Origin: Spironucleus salmonicida
Taxonomy: Eukaryota
Length of the DNA stretch: 64,000 nucleotides
Assembly: GCF_000497125.1 (NCBI RefSeq)
Contig: NC_090596.1
Span: forward strand, 1,054,001 to 1,118,000
Direction of reading: 5' to 3'
Positions 23,455-34,321 of the stretch are shown piece after piece. A model generated the notes under the pieces. That model did not search any database and was not told where the DNA came from. It worked only from the letters and a program-made list of their open reading frames with translations. The stretch's first letter is position 1. Each line of letters begins with the position of its first letter. The translations under genes and the position numbers were made by a program.

Positions 23455-24429
23455 TCACTGCACCGCGTTGAAGAAGTACTGCCGCTGCTCCGCGCCGTCG
23501 TAGCAGACGAACTTGCCGCGCTGGCACATCTCCTCCAGCCAGTCCACCTCGAAGCCCGTGAAGTCGCCCTGGCGCAGGAAGCGGAAGCCGTGCAGCTCGC
23601 ACGTCCGGCCGCGGATGCGCTCGTTGATGTCCGCCGCGAAGCTCCGGTCCAGGAGGTACTTCCGCCCGTTCAGCACCTTCACCGCCCAGCCGTCCAGCCC
23701 CTCGCACACCCGGACCATCGCGTCGGGCGCGATCAGGTTCCCGCTGCGCGCCTTGTTCCAGCGCCCGTACACGCGGTCCAGCGGCATGATGCCGCGCGCC
23801 TGCATCCGGCCCAGCACCCCGCCCAGCTCGTCCCGGAGGCGGGGCAGGTCGCGCGCGGGGCTCTGGATCTGCAGGTCCAGCTCCTGGTCGATCAGCGCCA
23901 CCTCGCCCTTGAGCGCGTCGTCCTGGAACCGGTTCTGGGCGATCACGCGGCGGATCTTGGCGATCAGCTCCAGCAGCGACGCCGCGTTCTGCTGCAGCTG
24001 CGCGAAGGTGTTCGAGGAGGTCGATATCGCGAACTAAAGTGCGTTGGTGAGCGCCTGCTCGCGCTGCTGCACTGGGAGGGCGGAGATAAATTTCCGGGCG
24101 GACACCTGCTGCATGGTCGCGTTGAAAAACTCGGCCAGAGCCGCAGGAGTCGCAAAGCCATGCAGGGCGTACCGCTTCGGGCCAAAGTACAGGGTGATGC
24201 CGGCGGGGGTCCTCTGCACGTTGGTCACGTCGTGGAGGTTAAAGCAGAAGAACGCGCCCTCCACCTGTAAGTGGAGGCTGGTCTGCGTCAGGAAAGCGCG
24301 CGCCTAGCACTCCTCGAAGCTCAGGGCCGCGTCCTGGAAGACTCTTTCGTCCGAGAGTAGATACGGGGCGTGGCGGTCGGACTCGGCGTGGGTGGAGAAA
24401 TTTAGAGGGCGGAACCGCTTGATGTCCAT
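23455..24429 (-). CDS. VPS36: ESCRT-II subunit Vps36/EAP45, 324 aa, copy 1
   Basis: ATG 24429 (MDIKRFRP), two TAG = Gln. N-terminal PH/GLUE-like region, then GIMPLDRVYGRWNKARSGNLIAPDAMVRVC matching Vps36 G-I-x-x-L-x-x-VY-x-x-x-N-R-AR...L-x-x-P. Confidence 0.78.
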
Positions 24430-24788
24430 TCTGGCATTGGGGCGATTGGTATATAATATATTTGGCCACTGGGGAAAATGCATCGCTCACGGTCCTAGCG
24501 TCGCCAGGCCTTGGGCGTACGCCCTCTCGGCGGAATTGGGGTCCCAATGCCGCAAGCAGCTGCCTAGCCAGCCCTGCTGCGAAGTATCCGGCCCGGGAAC
24601 AGGCTGCGGCCAGCACCTTGCCCACTTAGCAAGCGGCATCGTACCGGACCGGGCGTGGCCAGCTGGGCAGCTCTGCGATACGCTCCCCTGCCATCCTGGT
24701 GTGGGGTATGGGACCTACGTAACGATGCCCGAGATTCCGGGGAGAGCGCATTTGCAGCAGAGAGGCATGGGCATGAAATTAGAAAAGG

Positions 24789-24920
24789 TCACTTCTTGCA
24801 CTGGCCCTCGGTGCAGCACTTCTTCTCTTCGTTGCACTTCTTAACGGTGCAATTCTTGTCGGTGCACTCCTTCTTCTCCTGGCAGCATTCTTTCTTGTCC
24901 TAGCAGCACTTACCCTCCAT
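24789..24920 (-). CDS. Metallothionein-like Cys-rich peptide, type 2 (43 aa), copy 1
   Basis: MEGKCCQDKKECCQEKKECTDKNCTVKKCNEEKKCCTEGQCKK*; 10 Cys; codon 7 is TAG; ends AAG-TGA. Confidence 0.75.
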
Positions 24921-25703
24921 TGATCGAGGAAGGGGTCACCAAATCTGGAAGGAATATGCGAGTATATTCGGATAATACGCCCATGCCCGCGATATACGAT
25001 TTCGTATTGTAGGCCACCCCGTTGACGTATACTGCTAAGGGAAGTAGTGTTAGGAAACTAAATCTATTTATAGTACACGGGATACACATGTAAATTAATA
25101 TCCTATCTATTGTAGATATTTTCGTATAGTAAATATAGGTAATATTGCTGCCTTCTATATGTTGTATATTTGGCAGCAGTATACGTAAATGCGGTCCTAG
25201 CTTCGCTGCCGTTCACTTTAACGCGTGCTAGTTTTATAGTTTCAGCGGCGAATGATTATTCATGTAACCTGCTAGAAGCATGGGCATTGCCGCGCGGGGA
25301 TACCCAATACCTTGCTTTGCGGGGAGCTAGCAATCGCGCCGGAGCAGAGGGCGTAGAAGATAAGCCTCTGCACGAGGTGAATCTCAGCGTCATGTGTTCT
25401 GCACTCGCGTTCAATGTTTCACTCCACCGCTGCTCTTTCCCACAGAGCCAGAGCAGCCGTCCCACGCCATCCGGTGCCTGCCATCCCTTGCCGCCATGTG
25501 TCCAAGCACTCCGAACAACTCTACTCGGCAAAACAGCACTTCCTCAAATTGACCTACAATAGGCCAATTAATATTCTACGCATATCTTTAAATCTATTTA
25601 TTATATAATTATAGCAGATATTTTCACTCCAGTCCCAAAATAGGTACTACTTATTATTATGCAATAATATATCGTTTTTATAACGCGCCTTTCTTTCTTC
25701 ATA

Positions 25704-26099
25704 ATGGACGAAGGTACAAAACATATTTTAGAGACTCAAATCGCTTCGCTAACATCACAGCTCGAAAACTAAATGCTCCTTACGAAAATTGAACGCTAAA
25801 ACCGTATTAAAATCGAGAAAACACTGGAGTAAACTCGAATTTAATTTGAAATGGAAATTTCTCTTCTTTCGGATGAAATTTAGCGCTCCTAAAACGCACA
25901 GAAAATGCTGGCCTATCAACTTTCTCAGTCAGTTTGCTCAAAGCAGCGCCTGGAACGCCTTATTGACATGCAGTTCGAGAGCTACAAAGTGGACACACAG
26001 GGCGTGATCTTTGGAGACTAGGAGATGGTTCTCAGTTCATAAATGTAGCGAGAACTAGTTCTCAGTTGCAATGAGAACGATACTTAGCTTTTTGAATGA
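25704..26099 (+). CDS. Hypothetical 131-aa coiled-coil-like protein in the repeat spacer
   Basis: MDEGTKHILETQIASLTSQLENQMLL...NDTQLFE* under TAA/TAG = Gln. Confidence 0.65.
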
Positions 26100-27093
26100 T
26101 CTATTTTAATATATAATAATAGTAATACGAAAAATCGAATTAACCTTTTTTCTAGGAGTAGCTAGATATTATAGAGGTTTTTGATGTTGTATTATATGTT
26201 ACAGTTGTTATTGAGTGTCAGAAATTATTAGAATGATAGGTTTTTAAAATTCTACTCTTTTTCTTAGCCAGAAAATTAAGAACATACTAATGTGAAATAA
26301 ATTAATTCTATATAAAAATCACTATATTTAGTCTATCAAGGCCTTGTTATTCTCATCTATTATATCTAAATTCTAAGGAATCATGTTTATACAATATTTT
26401 AAGAACTAAACTCTTTCTGTTTCCTCCTTCAATAGCCGTAGTGAACTACGGATACAGGATATGAGGATAATTTTGCGGTTTGAGCTGCGGAACTCTTCTA
26501 TGGGATGAATAGGAGATTTGCATGCGGTAGCGTTGATAGTCATTTTTCCCAATATTCGGGTAAATATATGTAGACCTTACATAGTCTGACAGAAATAAGT
26601 AAGAAACTTAGTATAATGTGAATAGTACATATTATGTTTAGTAAATTGGGCTGATTTGGTAATTCTTTGCTTTATCTGTACAATAATGTTTAAATATACT
26701 ATTTTATAGCAAAACTAATGCCGGACAATAAGCAAAATAAAATTGATTGTAAGCATAAATACATATAGTAATTATGTTTATTTTTCCCAGTTGAATACAT
26801 TAAGGATTTATATATTTATATGGAATTTTTATATTTTTCTAAATATGCTACCTTTTATCAGATAATTCTTAATATTGTTATCAGAAACGTAACTAAAATA
26901 ACAACTCTACTTATTTTGCAAAATTTTCTACCATTTTAAAAAAATCACTTTGCTACTATTTTATAGAATAATATATTTATTTATTCTAAATCAACTTTTA
27001 ACAATATGATATAATACTTACTAATTTGTCAATTTTTATTCTACTGCTACTTTTTTATTATGATTATTATATCCTTATATTAATATATTTTAA

Positions 27094-27498
27094 ATGGACC
27101 AATTCACATTTTAAACGAGCAGTACCGTAATGCTCCCAAAACACCTCATAGAACCGCGAATGGTCTAAAATTTGCTCTGCATCAGCGAGAATGTGTCTCC
27201 AAAAGTCATCCACTGCAACGTACACGAAATTGCCGAAATGAAGAAGATCTACCCCGCCGTAGGGTAGTATTCGCTCAAACGTATTGACCGCAAAATCGGG
27301 ATTCAAATCAAGGAAAAATACTCCCCGAAACTGCCAAAATAAATAATTTATGCGAAGGAAATCTAGGATGCAGAGCCGCCAAAGCAGCCAAAAGGTATTA
27401 GGATAAATGGGGTCGATCGGCTAGGATTCGCATACGTGCACAGAGAGCTCAAAGCGAGGAGCCCGAATCGCAGCAAATTCACTGACCTGGTTTGGTGA
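27094..27498 (+). CDS. Hypothetical 134-aa protein in the repeat spacer
   Basis: MDQFTFQTSSTVMLPKHLIEPR...SKFTDLVW*. Confidence 0.6.
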
Positions 27499-28301
27499 TA
27501 TTAATGGGTGTTGTGATATTTTAGTTTTATTACATGGAGTGGTAAACTGCTATATAAATGTATAATAATAAGTAGTACCTATTTTGGGACTGGAGTGAAA
27601 ATATCTGCTATAATTATATAATAAATAGATTTAAAGATATGCGTAGAATATTAATTGGCCTATTGTAGGTCAATTTGAGGAAGTGCTGTTTTGCCGAGTA
27701 GAGTTGTTCGGAGTGCTTGGACACATGGCGGCAAGGGATGGCAGGCACCGGATGGCGTGGGACGGCTGCTCTGGCTCTGTGGGAAAGAGCAGCGGTGGAG
27801 TGAAACATTGAACGCGAGTGCAGAACACATGACGCTGAGATTCACCTCGTGCAGAGGCTTATCTTCTACGCCCTCTGCTCCGGCGCGATTGCTAGCTCCC
27901 CGCAAAGCAAGGTATTGGGTATCCCCGCGCGGCAATGCCCATGCTTCTAGCAGGTTACATGAATAATCATTCGCCGCTGAAACTATAAAACTAGCACGCG
28001 TTAAAGTGAACGGCAGCGAAGCTAGGACCGCATTTACGTATACTGCTGCCAAATATACAACATATAGAAGGCAGCAATATTACCTATATTTACTATACGA
28101 AAATATCTACAATAGATAGGATATTAATTTACATGTGTATCCCGTGTACTATAAATAGATTTAGTTTCCTAACACTACTTCCCTTAGCAGTATACGTCAA
28201 CGGGGTGGCCTACAATACGAAATCGTATACCGCGGGCATGGGCGTATTATCCGAATATACTCGGATATTCCTTCCAGATTTGGTGACCCCTTCCTCGATC
28301 A

Positions 28302-28433
28302 ATGGAGGGTAAGTGCTGCTAGGACAAGAAAGAATGCTGCCAGGAGAAGAAGGAGTGCACCGACAAGAATTGCACCGATAAGAAGTGCAACGAAGAGAAG
28401 AAGTGCTGCACCGAGGGCCAGTGCAAGAAGTGA
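28302..28433 (+). CDS. Metallothionein-like peptide type 2, copy 2
   Basis: MEGKCCQDKKECCQEKKECTDKNCTDKKCNEEKKCCTEGQCKK*. Confidence 0.75.
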
Positions 28434-28792
28434 CCTTTTCTAATTTCATGCCCATGCCTCTCTGCTGCAAATGCGCTCTCCCCGGAATCTCGGGCATCGT
28501 TACGTAGGTCCCATACCCCACACCAGGATGGCAGGGGAGCGTATCGCAGAGCTGCCCAGCTGGCCACGCCCGGTCCGGTACGATGCCGCTTGCTAAGTGG
28601 GCAAGGTGCTGGCCGCAGCCTGTTCCCGGGCCGGATACTTCGCAGCAGGGCTGGCTAGGCAGCTGCTTGCGGCATTGGGACCCCAATTCCGCCGAGAGGG
28701 CGTACGCCCAAGGCCTGGCGACGCTAGGACCGTGAGCGATGCATTTTCCCCAGTGGCCAAATATATTATATACCAATCGCCCCAATGCCAGA

Positions 28793-29767
28793 ATGGACAT
28801 CAAGCGGTTCCGCCCTCTAAATTTCTCCACCCACGCCGAGTCCGACCGCCACGCCCCGTATCTACTCTCGGACGAAAGAGTCTTCCAGGACGCGGCCCTG
28901 AGCTTCGAGGAGTGCTAGGCGCGCGCTTTCCTGACGCAGACCAGCCTCCACTTACAGGTGGAGGGCGCGTTCTTCTGCTTTAACCTCCACGACGTGACCA
29001 ACGTGCAGAGGACCCCCGCCGGCATCACCCTGTACTTTGGCCCGAAGCGGTACGCCCTGCATGGCTTTGTGACTCCTGCGGCTCTGGCCGAGTTTTTCAA
29101 CGCGACCATGCAGCAGGTGTCCGCCCGGAAATTTATCTCCGCCCTCCCGGTGCAGCAGCGCGAGCAGGCGCTCACCAACGCACTTTAGTTCGCGATATCG
29201 ACCTCCTCGAACACCTTCGCGCAGCTGCAGCAGAACGCGGCGTCGCTGCTGGAGCTGATCGCCAAGATCCGCCGCGTGATCGCCCAGAACCGGTTCCAGG
29301 ACGACGCGCTCAAGGGCGAGGTGGCGCTGATCGACCAGGAGCTGGACCTGCAGATCCAGAGCCCCGCGCGCGACCTGCCCCGCCTCCGGGACGAGCTGGG
29401 CGGGGTGCTGGGCCGGATGCAGGCGCGCGGCATCATGCCGCTGGACCGCGTGTACGGGCGCTGGAACAAGGCGCGCAGCGGGAACCTGATCGCGCCCGAC
29501 GCGATGGTCCGGGTGTGCGAGGGGCTGGACGGCTGGGCGGTGAAGGTGCTGAACGGGCGGAAGTACCTCCTGGACCGGAGCTTCGCGGCGGACATCAACG
29601 AGCGCATCCGCGGCCGGACGTGCGAGCTGCACGGCTTCCGCTTCCTGCGCCAGGGCGACTTCACGGGCTTCGAGGTGGACTGGCTGGAGGAGATGTGCCA
29701 GCGCGGCAAGTTCGTCTGCTACGACGGCGCGGAGCAGCGGCAGTACTTCTTCAACGCGGTGCAGTGA
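28793..29767 (+). CDS. VPS36: Vps36/EAP45, copy 2
   Basis: Mirror of 23455-24429. Confidence 0.78.
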
Positions 29768-29785
29768 GCGTAGTCCCACTCCACA

Positions 29786-30589
29786 ATGCACCTGCGGCTC
29801 TACCTCACGGCGCGGCACCTCCAGCAGTTCACCCAGCTGCTGGCGCTGCTCTCGGACACCGCGGTCTTCATCTTCCGGCCCACCTCCGCCACCGTGCAGG
29901 TCTTCGACCCCCAGGCCGGCGGCGTCTACAGCCTCGCCAGCTCCTTCCTCTTCAGCGCCCTGGACCTCGCCGGCTCGCACCCGGTGGGCGTGCGCTTCTC
30001 CCGCATCTTCCAACTCGAGAACCTCCAGGACTTCGACGCAAGCTTCGTTCTCACCCAGGAGGCCGGCGACAAGCCCTTCCTGGACGCCCGCTTCTTCCAG
30101 GAGGGCAGCGACTTCGCGGAGCACGCGATCGAGGCGAAGCTGCAGGTGCCGATCGGGTTTCTGCGCAACCAGAGCCTGAACGCGGTCGTCCAGGAGCTGC
30201 AGATGGTCGAGGACGGGCTCGGCGACGGCGCGCCCAGCCAGGAGTTCCAGCTGTTCGCGCGGGCGCCGCAGCTCTTCGGCCTGCTGGTGGAGGGCGACGA
30301 GACCGTGGAGGTGGCGGTGCTGCACGCGGAGGGCGTGAAGACGCTGCAGCTCGGGACGCAGATGAGCCAGGTGTCCGCCAGCTACGCGCAGGCCGGCGAG
30401 GGCGCGGGGGTCGCGGGCCACTTCGGCTTCCGGGCGGTGCAGGAGGCGCTGCGGCAGCACGGGCAGCTGGGGGCGCTGCTGGGCGTGGGCTGGAACCCGA
30501 GCGTGTTCGTGGGCGAGCGCCGGCTGGTGCTGGTGCTCAAGAGGGAGGCGGGCGCGATGTGGGTGAAGCGCGTGGTGATGGGAATGTGA
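29786..30589 (+). CDS. Possible PCNA/9-1-1-like protein, copy 2
   Basis: Mirror of 22633-23436. Confidence 0.5.
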   Translation: MHLRLYLTARHLQQFTQLLALLSDTAVFIFRPTSATVQVFDPQAGGVYSLASSFLFSALDLAGSHPVGVRFSRIFQLENLQDFDASFVLTQEAGDKPFLDARFFQEGSDFAEHAIEAKLQVPIGFLRNQSLNAVVQELQMVEDGLGDGAPSQEFQLFARAPQLFGLLVEGDETVEVAVLHAEGVKTLQLGTQMSQVSASYAQAGEGAGVAGHFGFRAVQEALRQHGQLGALLGVGWNPSVFVGERRLVLVLKREAGAMWVKRVVMGM

Positions 30590-30642
30590 CACTGTATTAT
30601 ACGCTTGCGGCCCGATCGGTTTTAAATCACCGCTCCACCCGC

Positions 30643-30996
30643 ATGAACTACGCGCAGTACGAAACCTCAGACTGGTACGAGCCCGTCGCCGCCGCCGTGG
30701 CCGCCCTCCAGGCCCACAAGGACCTCAGCATCACCGTCGTGCACGCCGACTGGTGCGGCGACTGCACCTACACGCTGCCCCTGCTGAAGAAGATCGTGGC
30801 CGCGCTCCCCGCCGTCAAGATCGTCGACGTCGTGGTCGACAGGCAGAAGAACGACCCCCAGGGCATCGCCAAGCGCCTCGGGGTCACCAACATCCCCACC
30901 CTCGTCGTCTTCAAGGGCGCGCAGGAGGTCGGCAGGATCGTCGAGAGCCCCAAGGCGACCATCGAGGAGGACATCGTCGCCATGCTCGCCAAGTGA
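30643..30996 (+). CDS. WCGDC thioredoxin-family protein, copy 2
   Basis: Mirror of 22226-22579. Confidence 0.88.
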   Translation: MNYAQYETSDWYEPVAAAVAALQAHKDLSITVVHADWCGDCTYTLPLLKKIVAALPAVKIVDVVVDRQKNDPQGIAKRLGVTNIPTLVVFKGAQEVGRIVESPKATIEEDIVAMLAK

Positions 30997-31232
30997 CCCT
31001 TGCTTTCTCACCAAATCACAAATCAGATCGGAGTGGTGCACTCCTTGCGGGCCCAAATTGTATCCACTCGCACAACTACTTATAATTGGTGACCAACTTT
31101 TCCCCTTCATACCGATATTCTCCCGCCGTTGTACAGTTAGCTTCGAAGTATTCTTAAGTTTCCTCGGAATCGCCTGCCGCCCCGAAAGCATGACTAATTT
31201 TTCGCTCCCGTTTTCAATCCTTCCCCCATAAA

Positions 31233-32960
31233 ATGCAAGCCATGGAACCCGCCCAGCAGCTCGCCTACCTCACGTCCTTCTACGACCGCTTCGAGGCCTG
31301 GAAGACTACCCAGGCCGACAGGGTCAGCCAGATCCCCCCGGAGCTCCTCGTGATGGCCCAGGCGCTCAACTCCGCCTTCCGGCCCTTCATCAATCACGTG
31401 GTCAAGCCCAAGAACCAGCTGGCCGCGGACCCCCGGGAAGAGTTCCAGATCCGCGCCGCCAAGGTCATCGAGGTCGGGCTCAACTCCTTCTACATGCCCG
31501 CCGACCACCTCGAGGTGGACTTCCTCTCGGACTCCGGCTCCTCCGCCATGACCACCGCGCAGTGGGGCCAGATGATGCAGGGAGACGAGTCCTACGGCTC
31601 CAACGAGGGCTGGTACCAGTTCAACGACACCATGGCCGACATCTTCGGTGAGCGCTACGCCTCGGTGTTCCTGGGCAAGCACCGCAACCAGGCCCTCAAC
31701 GAGCAGTACAAGCTCCGCAAGAACTTCAACTACATCGTCAACCAGGGCCGCGGCGCCGAGAACCAGCTGTTCCCCGCACTCGCACAGGCCCTCGTCAACC
31801 GCGACTACCGGACCATCGAGGGCGCAGTCGACTACAACGTCATCTGCACGAACAACTTCTTCGACACCACCTCGGGCCACATCCTGGACATCACGGACAA
31901 GCCGTTCCGCGCGCCCGACGGCAAGACCGTCCGCGTCACCTTCAACCTCATGAACCACCCCAACCCCAAGGTGCGCGATGGCACCTACTGCGCATCTGAC
32001 AAGTACCTCGGCGACGGGGACTTCGAGCTGCTCAGCCGGAACGTGGAGGCCGCCCCCGGGAAGACCGCGATCGTATTCACCACGATCACCAACAACTCCG
32101 GCGGCTCCCAGCCCGTGTCGCTGCAGCACATCGAGGCGGTGTCGGCCCTCTGTAAGAAGCACGGTATCCCCTACATCATGGACGCCTGCCGCTTCGCCGA
32201 GAACGCCTACCTCATCAAGACCATCGAGGACTCGCCCCTGTCCGTCCGGGAGATCGTGCACAAGACCTTCGCGCTCGTGGACGGCTTCACCATCTCGCTC
32301 AAGAAGGACGGCATCGCCAACTGCGGCGGCGCGGTATGCTTCGCCCCCGAGTCGGTTAACTTCGGGCAGTTCGTGGGGTAGGAGACCGGCTGCATCCTCC
32401 AGCAGATCATGGACGGCGTCATCCTCAAGGTGGGCCACTTCACCTACGGCGCCCTTACCGGCCGCGACATCAAGGCGGCGTGCGCGGGCCTCCAGCAGGT
32501 CGTGGAGTTCAACTACCTCAAGGGCAGGATCGACCAGGTCCAGCGGTTCGCGGCCCAGCTCAAGGCGCTCGGCATCCCCGTGCTCGACCCCTGCGGCACC
32601 TCCGCGGTGTACATCGACGTGGACAGGTTCTTCGGCAGGGACAAGCGCGCCCAGTTCCTCGGCAACGCCCTCGTCGGCCTCATGCTCGCGAAGGGCATCC
32701 GCGGCTGCGAGCTCGGCGTCTCCGCGTTCTACTCGCCCCACGGCAACGCGCCCTACAAGAGCGTGGAGGCCGTCAGCGGGAACTTCGTGCGCCTCGCGAT
32801 CCCCAGGCAGCTCTACAGCGACTCGGACCTGGACGCAGCCGCGCTCTGGATCAAGTTCCTCTTCGACTGCAGGGCGGACATCCGTGGCGTGGTGGACCGT
32901 GCCGGCCTCAGGCAGCTCAGCCTGCACCACTTCAAGATGCAGTTCGACTACGCGCAGTGA
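31233..32960 (+). CDS. tnaA: Tryptophanase, copy 2
   Basis: Mirror of 20262-21989; TAG (Gln) at 32379-32381. Confidence 0.9.
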
Positions 32961-33076
32961 TCTCTTGGTTTATCTTTTGGCCCGCGCCGTCCCATGTGGA
33001 GTGCGTGTATTAGCCAGTATGCGGTCTTTCGCCGAACACCGATATTAGTTATTATACGCCCCCTGCCACCTGCCCC

Positions 33077-33436
33077 ATGATGGCCGCGAAGCACCTCAAG
33101 AAGCAGTACGCGCAGAACCGCGCCGCCGTCAACCTCCAGACCCGGCTCCTGCAGGTCGGCAGGTACGACCCCGTGCGGCAGCTGCCCTCGCTGCACTTCA
33201 CCAACCCGCCCGAGCAGGCCAAGCCAGCCGCAGTCGTCTTGCGCCAGGACATCGCGCGCATCAAGGCGCAGCAGGTGCGCCAGAGGACCGAGGCCGTGCG
33301 CGCGGACGAGATCAGCGCCTTCCTGGGCCAGCACGAGGCGCCCTCCCACCGGCCGACGCGGGTGCGGCGGGTCCCCCGGCCGCCGGGCTGCAGTCTGAAG
33401 GGCCGCGCGCCAGACCCGGAGCGGCCGTGCGAGTGA
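33077..33436 (+). CDS. 119-aa hypothetical, copy 2
   Basis: Mirror of 19786-20145. Confidence 0.6.
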   Translation: MMAAKHLKKQYAQNRAAVNLQTRLLQVGRYDPVRQLPSLHFTNPPEQAKPAAVVLRQDIARIKAQQVRQRTEAVRADEISAFLGQHEAPSHRPTRVRRVPRPPGCSLKGRAPDPERPCE

Positions 33437-33447
33437 GAAAACGAGGC

Positions 33448-33645
33448 TCACTGGCGCAGCCCGCTGGCCGTGCGGCGGATCCGGGCCTTGATGGCCTCGA
33501 ACTGGCCCCACTTCTCGTCCAGGGAGGAGCGCAGGCGCTGGTTCCGCAGGCCGCACTGCTGCAGGTAGGGCAGCGTCGCGAGGCCGGGGGAGCGCCGGGC
33601 CGGGGACGGGGTGCCCGTGTGCGCGAGGAGCAGCGGCAGGTGCAT
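33448..33645 (-). CDS. 65-aa hypothetical, copy 2
   Basis: Mirror of 19577-19774. Confidence 0.55.
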   Translation of the reverse strand: MHLPLLLAHTGTPSPARRSPGLATLPYLQQCGLRNQRLRSSLDEKWGQFEAIKARIRRTASGLRQ

Positions 33646-33775
33646 TTGCGGAGGGATGGCCCGCCGCGAGGGCCGAGTATACACTCCGAATGCGGACGCG
33701 GCTCTGGCCTGCGCGCCAATTAGCACATAATATACCCGCCCGCGAGAATGGAAGGGTGCCGCGAAAGCACCTCAC

Positions 33776-34321
33776 TCAGACCATCTCCTCGTCGCCCTCG
33801 ATGGTGAGCCGGATCGTCCTCCCACTGCTGGGCAGCCGGATCGCCACCTGGTTGCTTCCGATCTTCTCCATGATGGACCCGCCCCGCTTCGTTTTGCTCG
33901 GCGCCGCGAATATCTGGGACGGCCGCGACGATATGCGCGAGGTGGCCAGGTGCGCCGGATGGTCCTGCCGCTTCAGCTTCGCGGTGTCGATCTTCTTGAC
34001 CGCGAAGTCGGACATTCCCATGGTCGGGTTGGGCCGCGCCGTCTGCAGGGGCGCCTGCTGGTCCTCCAGCAGCGGCGGCAGAACCTCGTCCCGGGCGAAC
34101 AGGCCCGAGACCGGCTGGCACCCGCGACCGTTCTGGTTCTTCTTCATCAGCACCCCAGGCTGGGACGGGGATGCGCGCTGCGCGACGAGCACGGGGTTCG
34201 CCATCGCCATCACCGCCGACGCCTCCGGGGGCTGCTTGTGCCCCAAGATGGCCTGCGCCTGCTCCACCTTCTACAGGTCGGTCCGGACGCGGTCGCTCAG
34301 CCTGCTGACCGTCTCGCCCAT
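33776..34321 (-). CDS. 181-aa hypothetical, copy 2
   Basis: Mirror of 18901-19446. Confidence 0.7.

Larger units (their letters stand above)
14876..25660. repeat. Left arm of a 10.8-kb inverted repeat
   Basis: All ORFs mirror 27562-38346 with constant coordinate sum 53222, so no net indels; only scattered substitutions. Confidence 0.97.

Noticed and set aside
20292-24270. Long track ORFs of 578, 546, 493 and 356 aa (and their copies)
   Set aside because: Antisense or off-frame shadows of high-GC3 genes with low-complexity R/G/A/V products. Only the last 117 aa of the 493-aa ORF (thioredoxin) is real.
28431-28780. TGA of the Cys-rich peptide as selenocysteine with a downstream SECIS
   Set aside because: The TGA sits in the usual AGTGA stop context, the readthrough frame is not protein-like, and no convincing SECIS core was seen by eye.
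32379-32381. Amber codon in tryptophanase as a pseudogenising stop, programmed readthrough or pyrrolysine
   Set aside because: TAA/TAG behave as Gln throughout the window, and the codon is identical in all three copies.
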